From the human T2T-CHM13v2.0 reference genome, Homo sapiens, in assembly GCF_009914755.1 (NCBI RefSeq), contig NC_060944.1: a stretch of DNA of 64,000 bases; one strand, written 5' to 3'. Below the pieces are notes generated by a model. The model was not told the DNA's origin, did not search any database, and saw only the letters and a program-made list of their open reading frames with translations. Within the stretch, counting starts at the first letter, position 1, and the number at the start of each line of letters is the position of its first letter. Positions 28,950-42,492 of the stretch are shown here, one piece after another. Position numbers and translations under genes: made by a program.

Positions 28950-29359
28950 TTGCCACCCTGTCGTACCCTGCTCTCTGGCTGCAAAGCTGAACTTTAGGGG
29001 CTTCATCAACTGGCTCCCTAACTCACTGCCTTTCAGCTAGGCAAGCTGGCAAGAAATAAGAGGGAAGAGAGGAGGCTGGGATATTTGTTTCCTAGACTCA
29101 CTTTTTCTGGGGTTGCCTTGGCTGGTCGTTTCCTCTGTGGTCATCATTCCTCTTCAGGTAGCCTTTTTTCACAGAGCTCTTCCTCGTTCCTGATTCTGGG
29201 AACAATGCCCTCCTCTTTTCCTTCAGACCCCGGGATGGTAACAGCTTCTTCAAATTTCCGACACCAAACCCTTTGTAAATAGTGCCTTTACTGAACTGCC
29301 CTTGAATTATCCCAGTCTAAATGAGCCATCTGATTTCTGATAGGCCCTTCACTGTTACA
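28950..29359 (+). mobile_element. LTR33-like (ERVL) LTR
   Basis: GCTTCATCAACTGGCTCCC...CCTTCAGACCCGGGATGGTAACAGCTTC...TTTGTAAATAGT...GCCATCTG. Confidence 0.65.
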
Positions 29360-30689
29360 CCGAGATCGTTAGATTTTTAAGAAGAGTTTGGAGTCCATAG
29401 GTTCTGACTGTAGCTCTCTAATTAGCAAAGTGCTTGAGTTTGACTACATCTATATGGGCTGTTCAAAGGACCATTTCTCTTGCTTTTCACTGGGTTTTCA
29501 GTTATATTCTAGATGATGGAAGTTGGTAGAGAAGTGACCTGTGTGTAAATGAGATATTTCAGGAAGTTTTGCCATCAGGACATCCCACTCCACTGCATCT
29601 TATTTTGAAGCAAGCTCAGATCTGAATCCATTGAAACAGGAGCTGACAAACTGAAGGAGCGAATCTTCAGACAAGACAATTTTTAAAGGTTGTTTGTACA
29701 TGTCTTTAGATAAACCGAATTGTCCCTTGAATTCCATTTCCTGCAGATTATTTCGGGAAATTCTCGAAATGGATCGTGCATTCAGTTCTCATATGGAACA
29801 CTTCTATTTTGCATATTGACATGCATTTTAACAAGAAAAAGGTCAGTGATGGGAACAGCACTGCTTGTTGGTGTGACAGTCAACATTTACCTGAGCCTTT
29901 GTGATACACTGCAGTTCAAGATAATTTAGTAAAATAATTGTCATGATTGATTTTTATTTTCTTTCTGAACCCACAGTTCACTGTGTTCCTCTTGGGCTAG
30001 GTAACTTTCAGAAGCTTAAACTTCCTTTTGGTGGAAATTCATTTATTCAGTTCTGGATGGATGACAAACTTTGATTAAAATCATGAACTCTTTTATGATC
30101 CGTTGGCGATAGCTGGTGAACCCAATTGCTGTTGACTTATTCTTTGACCAACATCTGTTCACTGGGTGACATGAGAATGGCAGAAAATGAATGGTTGGGA
30201 TTTTTCTGTGCATAATATTCTTTCTTATAAATCACACATCTGAGGACTTTGGTGGGAACCTGGGGAGAAAGGTGGCATTCAAACACATTGTCATCACAAT
30301 CATAACAGTCATGTAGCTTTACATAGTAAGTCTTTGTCCACCAATGGTAAGATTATACTTTTGTGAGAGAAGAATAAAAGACAAGTTATGTTTAGAATAG
30401 TTTACAACTTTCACTTATGAGAAAAGAGGGATGCACTTGAGGAGAAATGCATGACACTTAGATCAAAAGAAAGGAAGAGATGCCCAGAGAGGGCCAGAAA
30501 GATACCAGATAAAAGAAAATCTCAGTTCAATTTGAGAAACATTTATTGACCGATTACTATGTGCCAAATACTCTGTCTGGTGGTGTTTCTCACAGAATCA
30601 GTCGAGATGGATGTCACTTTTGACATTAGCTTGCTTGGCATCTCCTGGGAAAAAAGGGGACAAAAAACTATCTGTGCTAAGTATTTGCT

Positions 30690-31210
30690 GATTTTCCAGC
30701 CATATATCCACTCCTCTTTCTGATTTTCCTTGGTATCATTCTTCCTTGTTCTTGGGCTTTGAGTTGTAGAAAGGGCTGACCCTATATCTACTCCCAACCC
30801 CAGGTGTGGACATGGGACCAGGCTGAGCCAGTTAGCACAGCAATAGGTTCAGCTAGCTACCTGACCCCAAGTATTGCTGTAATATTCAATTATATATTTG
30901 GCAAAAACCAGAAGAAAAGTTCTTATCTGCTGTAGTTGCACTTGATAGGGATTCTAAGTGTAAGAGTAATGTAAACCCCCAATTTCTGGGAGTTACCACA
31001 TAGAGAAATCTTGCTGAACATGAAGCTGAGCACAGTGCAAAGTGGAATTTAGAGACTGACAGATATCAAGCCCTTTGATTGGTATTTGAGCTCCTGGATC
31101 CCACTATGCCTGAAGCTACATTTACCTCCTTGGCATGTCCAAAACATTCTCCTCTTTAACTTAAACCTACTTGGTTGAATTTTTCTCATATTCTTTTCAA
31201 AGACCAATAC
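30690..31210 (+). mobile_element. Old MLT1I/J-like LTR
   Basis: GGGACCAGGCTGAGCCA...TTTGAGCTCCTGGATCC...ATGCCTGAAGC. Confidence 0.55.
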
Positions 31211-31232
31211 ATTTATTTATCATTATACTAGT

Positions 31233-31963
<731 letters not shown>

Positions 31964-32448
31964 TCAATAAGAAGTGATCTGCCATGATGAAGGTATTATG
32001 GGAGTTTGGGCAAGAAGATGACTCACCCTGATGGGAAGATGAAAAAGACTTCAGAAAAAGTTTTCCAAAGGAAAATGGCTCTTGCACTAGTACTTGGACG
32101 ATATACAAAAATTAAACAGGTGAAAAAGGAGAAAGGAGTGTCTTGAGCGAAGGTGCTTGTGGATATGGAAATGTGTTTGGTGACCTGCAGGGAGGGGGCT
32201 GTTTCTCCAGCAAGAATGGCTGTGGAGGTTCCCCAAGGCATGACACAGGATGGGCAAGTGTAGGTGGAGTCATAAGGCACTTTACCCTTCACCCATGGAA
32301 TTTACATTTTAACAGGAGGGCAATGGGGCTCTGTCATGAGGGCAATGGGGCTATTTCCACCCGGAGTCCTAGCAGGCAGTTCATGGTGGGCATTTTTAAA
32401 CAAATTTAGAATTTTGGGGTCTAAGAATTTTGACACCCTATCATAGAG

Positions 32449-32662
32449 CCGAGTTTCTCAGTCTTGGCAGTATTGACATTTGAGGCTAGGTAATCATCTG
32501 TTGTTGAGGGCAGTTCTGGGCATTATGGGGTGTTTAGCAGCACCACTGGCTTCTACCCACTAGATGCCAGTCACCCTCTCGTCTCAGTGTGACAACCAAA
32601 AATGTCTCCACACATTGGCAAATGTCCCCTGGGAGTCACAATTACCTCCAGTTGAGAACCTG
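32449..32662 (-). mobile_element. MER20
   Basis: TATTGACATTTG...TCTACCCACTAGATGCCAG...GTGACAACCAAAAATGTCTCC...GTTGAGAACC. Confidence 0.92.
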
Positions 32663-32939
32663 TATACTAGACATGAAAGAGATTAGACTCATTCCACAAT
32701 CAACAGCTACTGCAAGCCCGTTGGGCACCAGGCACTGTTTTAGGCACTGAGAATAATAAGTGAGCATGAAAGACAAGGCCCTGCCCTCAAAGGACTCAGA
32801 TTTTCCAGCAGGAATGGCTTCATGTCACATTTCCACAGTCTATGGCTGGACCAGCTGGGTCCCAGATGGCTGTCCAAGCTCTGTGAGAGAGAACAGCCAG
32901 AAGAGAGAGAAGGTTTCTGCAATCATGACAGCTATATTG

Positions 32940-33910
32940 CTGTTGGAGATTGTAGTATTGACTGCTAGGGGCTTCCATATATTTATTTCCACCTCTTCCT
33001 TAGTAGCGAGCCTTCATTTTGAGCTGGGCACATAACCCCTTGGCATGAAAGTCTGCATTTCCTTGCTTCTCTTGCATTTCTTTGGAACATATGCATTATG
33101 ACTAAATCTAGCTAAAGAGACATAAGAGACAGTGCTATGAGGACTTCAGAGAAGGCTCCTTAAAGCAGGTGGAGATAGTGACACTTTCCACTCCTTTCTC
33201 TTTCTGCTGCCTGGAATGTGTATTTGATGCCTGGAGCTCTAGCTGCCACCCTGGAGAATTCGGTGCATGGTGACAGAATAATGGCCCCCCAAAGATATGC
33301 ATGTCCTGATTCTCAAAACCTGTGAGTACCTTACTTTAGATGGCAAAAGGAACATTACAGATGTGATTAAGTTAAGGATCTTGCGAGGGGTGATTATCCA
33401 GGTGGGCCCACTGTCATCAGAAAGGTTCTTAGATGAAGGAAGCAAGTGGGTCAAAGACTTTGGAAGCAGAGGTTGGAGTGATGTGCTTTGAAGATGGAGG
33501 GACAGGCCATGAGTCAAGGAATGTGGGCAGCCCATAGGAGCTGGAAAAGGCGAGGAACTGATTTTCTCCTAGAGCCCTGAGAAGGACCACAGTCCTCCTA
33601 GACATCTTTTTCTTAGCACTGTAAGACTCATTTTGGATTGTGACCTTCAGAATGGTACAATACTAAATGTATGTCACTTTAAGCCACCAAATTAGTGATC
33701 ATTTGTTACAACAGCAATGGGAAATGAGCACAAAGTGATCTTGAGAAGGGACTCTTGTGCTGGGTTGGGGAAGTGGAAAGACAAGGACATATGTTCCCTG
33801 ATGACACCATTGGGCGACCATGTTGGCCTTAGATTTGTTACTTTTGGACTTCTTTTATGCATGAAAGAAATAAACTTCTATCTTATTTAAAACAGTCTTA
33901 TATTTGGTTT
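32940..33910 (+). mobile_element. Old MLT1I/J-like LTR, interrupted by MLT1D
   Basis: TTTCTGCTGCCTGGAATGTG...TGGAGCTCTAGCTGCCA; resumes 33735 (TTCCCTGATGACA...GGACTTCTTTTATG...AAATAAACTTCTATCTT). Confidence 0.6.
33265..33732 (+). mobile_element. MLT1D-like LTR
   Basis: CAGAATAATGGCCCCC...GGCAAAAGG...GATTAAGTTAAGGATCTTG...TTGTTACAACAGCAATGGGAAA. Confidence 0.87.
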
Positions 33911-33916
33911 AGTGTT

Positions 33917-34250
33917 GTGTGCCACCGGTCTGTGTTTCCATAGCTTCTGAATTTGTCTATTTGACATCCATTAATTACAAGGCCAAACTAATGACCAAAG
34001 TTGTTTCCATTTATTCTGTGATCCATATTTCATACTCTGAGCCCTCTCCTGTAGCTTACTCTCACACACCAGCCCAATATGTCCCCTACCCTAAATCAAC
34101 CTGGGGCCAGGTACCAGACAACTAGGAACAGCTTTAAGTCCCAGAGCCCACTAGAATTATTTAAACTAGACAGCTCTAAGCTGTTCACCTGTCCTGCCTC
34201 TGCTTTCCTGCAGAAAACCTGATGAAGGCTGTGCCGGGTGCCTTCCTCAG
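33917..34250 (+). mobile_element. ERVL LTR fragment (MER73/MER74-like)
   Basis: GGGGCCAGGTACCAGACAACTAGG...CCAGAGCCCACT...ATTATTTAAACTAG. Confidence 0.5.
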
Positions 34251-34269
34251 ATAAAATTGTGGTCAGGGA

Positions 34270-34580
34270 TCTTTTTGTGTGGGTGACCTTTAAGCTGAAA
34301 CCTCAGTGATGGAGAGAAGCCATTAGGAATAAGAATGGGGCCAGTTCAAGTCTTTTTAGGCAGGAGGAATAGCTGGGCAAAGGTGTTGAGGTGGGTGGGA
34401 ACTTTGTAAATTAGAAGGCCAGGTGGTTGGAACATCAGGAGAGATGGAGAAAGATGAGGTCATATGGTGCCATACCAAGTTAAGGAATTTGGCCTTTCTT
34501 CCAGGTGCTGTGGGAAGCCACTGGAGGGTTTTAAGCGGAAGACATTGGCTCCAATGTGCATTTTAAAGAGATCACTCTAA
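34270..34580 (-). mobile_element. L2 fragment
   Basis: GGCAAAGGTGTTGAGGTGG...GGGAAGCCACTGGAGGGTTTTAAGC...TTTTAAAGAGATCACTCT. Confidence 0.75.
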
Positions 34581-35140
34581 TGTTGCTATCTTGAGCATGG
34601 GAAAAGCTGACCCACCATATGGCATGGTCCAATTCTGTCATGCCAACTTTCATTAGTCCCTCCTGGGGCCTTAAAAATTATATTAGAGCTGACTCCTAAT
34701 GTTCATGTGAATTATGATCCAGGACACCAGAGCGAGGCTGCTTTTCTTTGTGCATGTGGTTTCTACATCAGATACGGTCTTTCTATGAGGCAGATAAATA
34801 TAAGTACTTGAAAGTATTTTATGGATCAATGAAATATTAATGGACCTGGAGGTGCTTTAAGTTTATTTATAAAGCTGGGTCATCTATAGGTCAAATACCA
34901 TTATAGCAAATGCAATTGTAATGAATATCTTTGATAAATTTGGTTTTTAAGGCTCAACCCATGTCCTGCTTATTTCAAAATTATGAGCTGTAGGCTTGTA
35001 ATTTCTTACATGCAATTCTGAAATCCAAAAAAAAAAACCACCTGAAGACCAAAGTTGGCTATTTTAAATTTGTTTTATGATTCACTTGATGGCCAAAATT
35101 GAACTAAGGGATATCCCCACACAGCAAGATGAATAAGGAC

Positions 35141-35148
35141 TATATATA

Positions 35149-35193
<45 letters not shown>
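35141..35193. repeat. (TA)n(TG)n microsatellite
   Basis: Visible directly. Confidence 0.95.
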
Positions 35194-35194
<1 letters not shown>

Positions 35195-36369
35195 GTGACA
35201 TTTGAGGCTAGGTTGCACTGCAGAAATATTGGGCTTGATTACAGGGATCAGCCTCAGTTTCCTTTGAGATTATGATTTAATATATCTGAACCTATTAACC
35301 TAAAATCTAAGTAAAACTTGAATTTTGAAATATATTTGGCCTGAAAATTCCAGATGGGGGATTATAGACCTCCACAACTGTATGTGATCATTTCTTCAGA
35401 ATGTGCAAAACAGGCATTTGAATCATAATTGATCATATTAGAAGGTAGGTGGAGCCATTTAAAAGACTAAATAAATTACAGAAATTCTAATAAGTGTACA
35501 TTTGTCTGTCCCATTAATTTTACAAAACATTTTGTTTGTGGGTGGGGATGGGGAATCCTGTAAACTCTTTGAGGTCAGGGGCGAGGACGATTTTATCACC
35601 ATATCCCTAATACGTAACAGAGCCTGAAGCACTAGCTACTCAATAAATATGTGCAGAATGTAATTATTAACTCGGTTGAGGAACCTGGGGATCAGATGAT
35701 GCATGACCCATCCAAGTGCTGGGGTTGGTGGACTGGAACTCAGGTCTTCTGACACCTTTTATTTTTCCTTATACTGTCACTGCTGTGCTAAAATGGAAAA
35801 AAAAAAAAAATGAAGGCCTGTCTGAGGTAATCAAAAACATTGGAACATAAAGGAGGAAGAGGAAGGCAAGTGGCCTTCGTTTCCATTGGACAAAGCTAAT
35901 CAGTCTGTATGAATAGCCAAGGGTCTTGTTTCTAGATAAAAGAAAACTCTCCAATCAGTTCTAATCCAAGAGCATCGCTGGCAGTGAGAGATTGTAAAAG
36001 CGAAATATTCACTTTGAAAAATGAAACCTATTAAATTCAGGGCATTGTAATTTCCCATTGTGAGACTGTTGTACCAGCGATTAAATTCTATTGTGTGTCT
36101 ACAGTCCTTGTTACCAACGATGTTTAGTATTATTAACTGAGATTCTAAGAATATCAGCTCTCCATAGCTGGAGAGCTGTTCTGTTCCTCATGTGAAACAA
36201 TTTGCATATATCTTGGATTCGCCCTTGATATGCCTCTTTCCCTCCTTATTCCCTGTATGCCATTTAGAAGCCAGTCCTGTAGACTCCATCTCCAAATATA
36301 TTCTGTGTGTGTTCATTTCTCTGCCCACATGGTTCACATCTGGGCAACTCTGGCAGCTTCTATTTTTTA

Positions 36370-36620
36370 AAAAAATATAACCTTTAACTTTTATTTTAGA
36401 TTCATTTGCAGGGGTACATGTGCAGGTTTGTTGCATGGGTTTATTACATGGTTGTGGATATACACATCAGCTTTACCAGATAGTGCTAAGCTGACCTCCA
36501 AAGTAGTTCTACCAATTTATACTCCTGCCAGCAGTATATCAGAATTTTCCTGTGTTACATAAGAATTTTCCTCTGTTACATCCTTGCCTACTGATAGTAT
36601 TTAGACTTTTAAAAATTACT
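36370..36620 (-). mobile_element. Short L1PA/PB 3'-end fragment abutting an older L1M fragment
   Basis: GGGGTACATGTGCAGGTTTGTT (36370-36450); CCAATTTATACTCCTGCCAGCAGT...ACATCCTTGCC (36450-36620). Confidence 0.7.
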
Positions 36621-36624
36621 GCTC

Positions 36625-36817
36625 GGCCAGGCGCGGTGGCTCACGCCTGTAATCCCAGCACTTTGGGAGGCTGAGGTGGGTGGATCACGAGGTCAGGAGA
36701 TTGAGACCATCCTGGCTAACACAGTGAAACCCTGTCTCTACTAAAAACACAAAAAATTAGCCGGGTGTGGTGGCATGTGCCCGTAGTCCCAGCTACTCGG
36801 GAGGCTGAGGCAGGAAA
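36625..36817 (+). mobile_element. AluY, 3'-truncated (no tail)
   Basis: GGATCACGAGGTCAGGAG...CCTGGCTAACAC; homology stops at GAGGCAGGA. Confidence 0.92.
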
Positions 36818-37499
36818 AAGGATAGTAACACAGGCTGGCCTGGGCAGCATCACAGGACTGCACATACCCCAACATGGTGGGAAACAAGCAGCCATTTGTA
36901 CTCATGGGGATATGGAAATGTTGTATGAACTCTTTGCCTGGAAGAAGACTGGGTTCAGGTAGAGGAAGTTTAGGGGACTGGGACTTCATGCCCGGAAGCA
37001 ATGGTGAGATCCAGGGTCATTAACACTAGAGGCCAACACAGAGCCCAAAGGACTGGTGGGTCTCAACTGCATCTTGGTGGACACCAGCCTGGAATGCCCA
37101 TTGAGCAGGGAGGCCACCCTCTGCAACAGTAATTGCAGTAAGTGTGAAGGGCAATGCCGGAAGACCATGAACAGAAGGAGCCGTCATGAAAGGGGAGCTC
37201 ACAGGCCAGAAATGCCTTCCTGGCACCATGAGGAACTGACCTTTCCCTGATGCCCAGGTGCATTATGGGAAGGGGACAAGAACCCTGAAATTAGGGAGAA
37301 ACTCTGAAAGGTTGAAAAATTACTCCAAAGAAAATTTAGCAAGATGAGTACTAATGCCCTTAATGGATAAATGAATAGAGTTTGGTTGTCTGTGTGAATC
37401 AAGCTTGAGAACAAAGGGGTATATGTTAGAGAATATGATTCAGCTCTCCCCCTCCTTTTTCTTTTATACATTGGAGTCAGTTATAAATATTAACCTTTT

Positions 37500-37610
37500 T
37501 TTTTAAATGAAGTATTGATATGTGTTATAACGTGGGTGATACCTGAAAACATTGTGCTAAGTGAAAAAAGTTAGTCACAAAAGACCCCATATTTTATGAT
37601 TCTATTTATT
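37500..37610 (+). mobile_element. L1MB-like fragment
   Basis: GAAAACATTGTGCTAAGTGAAAAAAG...ATGATTCTATTTAT. Confidence 0.7.
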
Positions 37611-37617
37611 TGTTATT

Positions 37618-38410
37618 AATTTTTTTATTTCCATAGGTTATTGGGGAACAGGTGGTGTTTGGTTATATGAATAAGTCCTTTAGTGGTGATTTGTGAGATT
37701 TTGGTGCGCCCATCTCCTGAGCAGTGTATGCTGCACCCAATTTGTGGTCTTTTATCCCTCACCTCCTTCCCACCCTTTCCCCCTGAGTTCCAAAGTCCAT
37801 TGTCTTTGCCTTTGCATCCTTATAGCTTAGCTCCCACTTATGAGTGAGAACATATGATGTTTGGTTTTCCATTCCTGAGTTACTTCACTTAGATTAACAG
37901 TCTCCAATCTCATCCAGGTCTCTGTGAATGCCATTAATTAATTCCTTTTTATGGCTGAGTAGTATTCCATCATATATATATATATACCACAGTTTCTTTA
38001 TCCACTCATTGATTGATGGGCATTTGAGTTGGTTCCACGTTTTTGCAATTGTGAATTGTGCTGCTATAAACATGCATGTGCAAGTATCTTTTTCGTGTAA
38101 TGACTTCTTTTCCCCTGGGTAGATACCCACTAGTGGGATTGCTGGATCAAATGGTAGTTCTACAATGAGAACACATGGACACAGGAAGGGTAACATCACA
38201 CACCGGGGCCTGTTGTGGGGTGGCGGAAGGGGGGAGGGATAGCATTAGGAGATATACCTAATGTTAAATGATGAGTTAATGGGTGCAGCACACCAACATG
38301 GCACATGTATACATATGTAACTAACCTGCACGTTGTGCACATGTACCCTAAAACTTAAACTATAATTTAAAAAAATGGTAGTTCTACTTTTAGTTCTTTA
38401 AGGAATCTCA
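37618..38410 (-). mobile_element. L1PB1-like 3' fragment, interrupted by L1PA
   Basis: ATAGGTTATTGGGGAACAGGTGGTGTTTGGTT...GGGTAGATACCC...GGATTGCTGGATCAAATGGTAGTTC. Confidence 0.9.
38164..38372 (+). mobile_element. 5'-truncated L1PA4/5-like 3' end
   Basis: AATGAGAACACATGGACACAGG...GCACACCAACATGGC...CCCTAAAACTTAAA; perfect 15-bp TSD aaatggtagttctac (38149-38163/38373-38387). Confidence 0.95.
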
Positions 38411-38439
38411 TATTAATTAGAAATGATGAAGATGATAAA

Positions 38440-38543
38440 AGTAACTAAGAAGTATGAGAGTGAGGTTAAGGGCACCCTTTGATGACATGACAGTAACTAA
38501 GAGGTATGAGGGTGAGGTTAAGGGCACCCTTTGATGACATGTC
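38440..38543. repeat. 52-bp tandem duplication
   Basis: AGTAACTAAGA(A/G)GTATGAG(A/G)GTGAGGTTAAGGGCACCCTTTGATGACATG(A/T)C twice; 3 mismatches. Confidence 0.95.
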
Positions 38544-38544
38544 A

Positions 38545-39135
38545 GAGGTTCTTCCAGGAGAACTGAGACCTACCCAAAGAGAAGAAACCAGTGATGAATA
38601 AGGTTGGGAGAAAAATGTGCCAGGAAGAAGAAACAGCCCAGGCAAAGGCCTTGAAATATTATTGAGTTTCGCATGTTCTGAGCCATGAAAGAACAGTGGG
38701 GCTGGAGCTCAGGAAGTTAGGAATGGAGTGACCAAGGATGAGGAAGGAGAGGTGGACGAGGACCAGGTTATATAGGGCCTGGTAGGTAATGATATGGAGG
38801 TCTGGGTTTTATACTACGGGCAATGGCACCATGAAAGAGTTTTAAGGACTTGATTTGTGTTTGTAAGTGATCGTTATGCCCTATTCAATATAAAATAGGA
38901 AGAAGAAGACCAGGAAAGAGGCTACTGCAGTGCATAACCAGAGACGGAGTTCAGTAAATGGATTCAGAATATAATTTGGAGTTAAAATTGCCACAACTTG
39001 CTAATGGATTGGCTATGAGAAAGAGGGAAAGAGAGAAATGATAATTCCTAAGGTTTTGGTTTGAATAAATCAGTGGTTGGAGTTGGGGGTGATAGAGCCT
39101 TTGACTAAAATGGGAAGACTAGGGCAGAAAAGTCT
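38545..39135 (-). mobile_element. L2 fragment
   Basis: GGCAAAGGCCTTGA...GGGCTGGAG...TTGCTAATGGATTGG...AAGGTTTTGGTTTG. Confidence 0.75.
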
Positions 39136-41156
39136 TGGGTGGGGTTGGGGTTGCTAACTCCATTGCTAATGCATGGCTACTGTCTGATTTCTCAGTACTA
39201 AAGAACCTGGATCTGCCAAACTGTAAACTCTCCTTCAAACATCAAGGGTGATGACAATGCTTGCAATATAGTTGATATAAAACTATGTTCAAGTCCGTGT
39301 GTTTCCATTATTTGGTTTTTACTTAGTTGATAATTTATTAATGACACTGTTTACATTTGCATTTGGATGCCTTGCTATAATTAAAATAACTCTTGAATTT
39401 ATCAACTGAGCCCTAAATTAAAGACCCATGAAAGGCTCCACATGATGGAATAAATTTTCATATTCAGTTGTCTTAGATATGGACAACCATATACGTTTTT
39501 CTGACACACGTAATGTTTGACATCAGTCAAAAAGAGTACAACAGAAATATTCTGTGTTTAAAGCAGAGCTGGGGGAAAAGAAGGCTAAAACATTCCATAT
39601 TGCATAAAAGAAAGAGTTAGATTGTCACCAAAGTTAAAGGAAATCAATGGGACGACTTTGGAGACCCATTTCAATCTGTTGTTGACATTGTTTTCTGGTA
39701 GTAATTTTCTCAAAATGTTAACAGTATTGAGTTTGCCTATTGATTCTATTATTTTTGACCTTGCATTAGTGTGGGCTAATCTTACATGCCATAAAATTTT
39801 TTTTTCACAGCTGAAATTATTGTATGACTCTGGAGGAAACCTCCAATCAGGTCAGATGCCCTGCTCAGGATTTCGACGAGTGTATAAGCAACAATAATGA
39901 GCTATGTTGACTTCCAATACACTTTCATGTTGTTTACATTTTATTAAATGGTTTAAGCAGGGTCATCATATAAATGATCAACATATTGACTAAAACACTC
40001 AAGCCTTGAAGAATTGAAGGCCACAGACAGCCAACCAGATTGGTCAGCTTGAATTTGAGTCAATAGCATAAATATATATTTGGCTACAGAGTCAAAGCCC
40101 ACTTTATATTCATTATTCTGAAAACCCTGCTAAATAAACAGCTCCAAAGTGTCCCACTGGAAGATGCCCATTCTACTGACTCAGTAACCCTGCCTAGCTA
40201 TGTCCTCTCCAGAACCAAATAATCCAAGCTGAGTGAATTCAGCAAAACTGGGGGCAGTTGATGAAGACTAAGTGAATGGGAAACCAAAAACTCTTGAATG
40301 GTTTTCCTGGGAAACAAATAGATTTATTGTTGGCTCTATGTAGAAGAAATCTGGCAGCTATATTTTCAAGGGTTTATGAAATATAGTCACAACACATCAT
40401 TAGCATCCTGTCTATTCCCCACCCTAACACTCCCGTATATCTCCATGGTAGGTCAAATCACCGTGCACCGCACTACCCACCCCACCCCTTTCCTTTGAGG
40501 CTGTAGTTACTCAGTCTGCATGCAAAGAAATTTCAGAGTTTACTGGCACAATGCTAATGGGTTTGCCCACAAATACTTAGAAGAGTATTGCTAGAGGAGT
40601 TAATTTGCCTCTTAATGATTTAATTATATGCTACAGCTCTGCTGTTCAAGAATAACAATGTTCCTCGCTTTCTTGCTGCTGGGCCTGCTGATTTTGGAGA
40701 GTTTTGGAAAAGAATGGAATTTACTCTCCTTTAGTGAGAGGGGAATTGAGTTTGGGAAAGAGAGAAGCATTTCTCCCATGCCACAAATAACTATGCCCAT
40801 TCATCTATAATGGAATGAGGGGGATATGTCAGGATGACAGTGATAAGCATTATAAAATGCGCTGTGATTTTTATTTGCATTTTCTCGATTGATCCCATGA
40901 AGTAATATTAGTTCTAATTTTCCTATAAGGTTGAGTGAGGTCACCTGGATTGCTTAACACAGAGATAGACAGTGGATGAGCTAAGGGTCCAACAGAGGTC
41001 TTTTGACTCCAAAACACAACGTCTGTTTTTCCCTACCTGAGCCTATCTTTCTGCGGCTTAAAAGACCTGAGTTCCCTGGGCCCTCTGAATGGGAATGATT
41101 GTGATTTTAGGATCAGAGTGGCTCTGTAGACCACACTCTGTACTTCATTTTGTACT

Positions 41157-41582
41157 GCAGGTTGGGTTCTTTGGAGGCAGAATTGGGAGTTTCAGGTATT
41201 TATTGGGATTAACACCTATAAAAAGAAGGGGAGAAAGCAAGATCGGGCACAGGCAGACGTTGAACTGACATGCAACTCTGATAAAGCCCCTGCCAACCCT
41301 TTGGGGAGCTCTGGGGCTGGTATTGCCTATCAGAGCATCCTGCCTTGGACAGAAATGACTGGGCCTTTATGCCCCCACCTTGCTGTATCACTATGGGGGC
41401 TGCTCCGAAAGCATGACCTGGGTGCAGCTGGCCCTTTGCAGCTGTGGCAGCCCCTGCATTCAAGAACAGATGGCAAGGAGTGGGGAGGGGGTACAGTCTG
41501 CTGACCCACACCCCTCAGCTAGATGGTAAGGCCTTTCCTGAAGGGAGGTCTGAGCTGAGCAGCTCATCTCTCTGTCTACAAC
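41157..41582 (-). mobile_element. LTR16A-like (ERVL)
   Basis: GGTTGGGTTCTTTGGAGGCAGA...GGGAGCTCTGGGGC...CTGGGCCTTTAT...CCTGAAGGGAGGTCTG. Confidence 0.75.
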
Positions 41583-42282
41583 CCACTGTTTCTAGGTATC
41601 TGTAGAAACACTAATCACTCAAGAGGGACACAGAAGGGAGAGAGAAAAGATTACAGGGTGCAGAATCAGGATGTCTGAGTCTGTATTCCAAATCAGCCTC
41701 TTCCCAACTAGGGCTTTATGGTAAGATACTTGAACTTTGAGATCAATCCAACCTGTAAACTGGAGATAAAGGAACAATTTTATTCATTTATGATGAGGAC
41801 TAGGAATAATTTCTTTAAAGTAATTTCAGTCAATAAGGGCTATTTTTATGAACCTCTGAAGAAAGAGTTCATGTTCTGGGCCACTCATCAGTCTTCCTAA
41901 CACCCACCTGTTTATGTATCGCCCCCTGGTTATAAGCATTTTCTTTCTGTTCAGTGCATCCTAAAGCGCCATGAGAATCCATGCACTTACAGCTGGATTT
42001 TCTTCTAGGCTCATCCCCGTAAGATCTCATCCCAGGGGGCTGGGAATGAAAGAGGGCCCTCCCCTGAACTTGGAGTCCTATAAATGGTTGAATCACCAAT
42101 GTGAGAGTCCCCCCGCCAGGAACTCAATGCAGAGGCTAGTTCACCTAACCGTTTCCCTTCTTTACTCTGGTCTGCAAAGGAAGCCAAGCTCAAAGGCCAC
42201 TGGATAGAGCTTGGGGCCAGTGGTGTCTGTGTGCACTGCCTGGCACTCTCAGGATTCAGGTGAGGGCAGAAGGAGACCCAGG

Positions 42283-42492
42283 AATAATTACTGAGTACTT
42301 ATTACTTGCTGGTCACGGAGTCATGCCTTTGCATGCATTGCTCATTTCATCTTCACAACAATCCTTTGATGAAGTTATTAGCCCTGGCTGCATTTTAGTG
42401 AGAAGCAGAGGCTCACAAAAGATGAGGGAACTTCTCAAGCCCCTATAGCTAGTGAGTGTTGGAGCTCAGAATTGGGCTAGGGCAGTCTGACA
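42283..42492 (-). mobile_element. MIR
   Basis: TACTGAGTACTTA...CTCATTTCATCTTCACAACAATCC...GAGGCTCAC...GGCAGTCTGAC. Confidence 0.8.

Noticed and set aside
38440-38543. Direct repeats as a CRISPR-like array
   Set aside because: Only two adjacent copies without spacers, in eukaryotic DNA; a simple tandem duplication.
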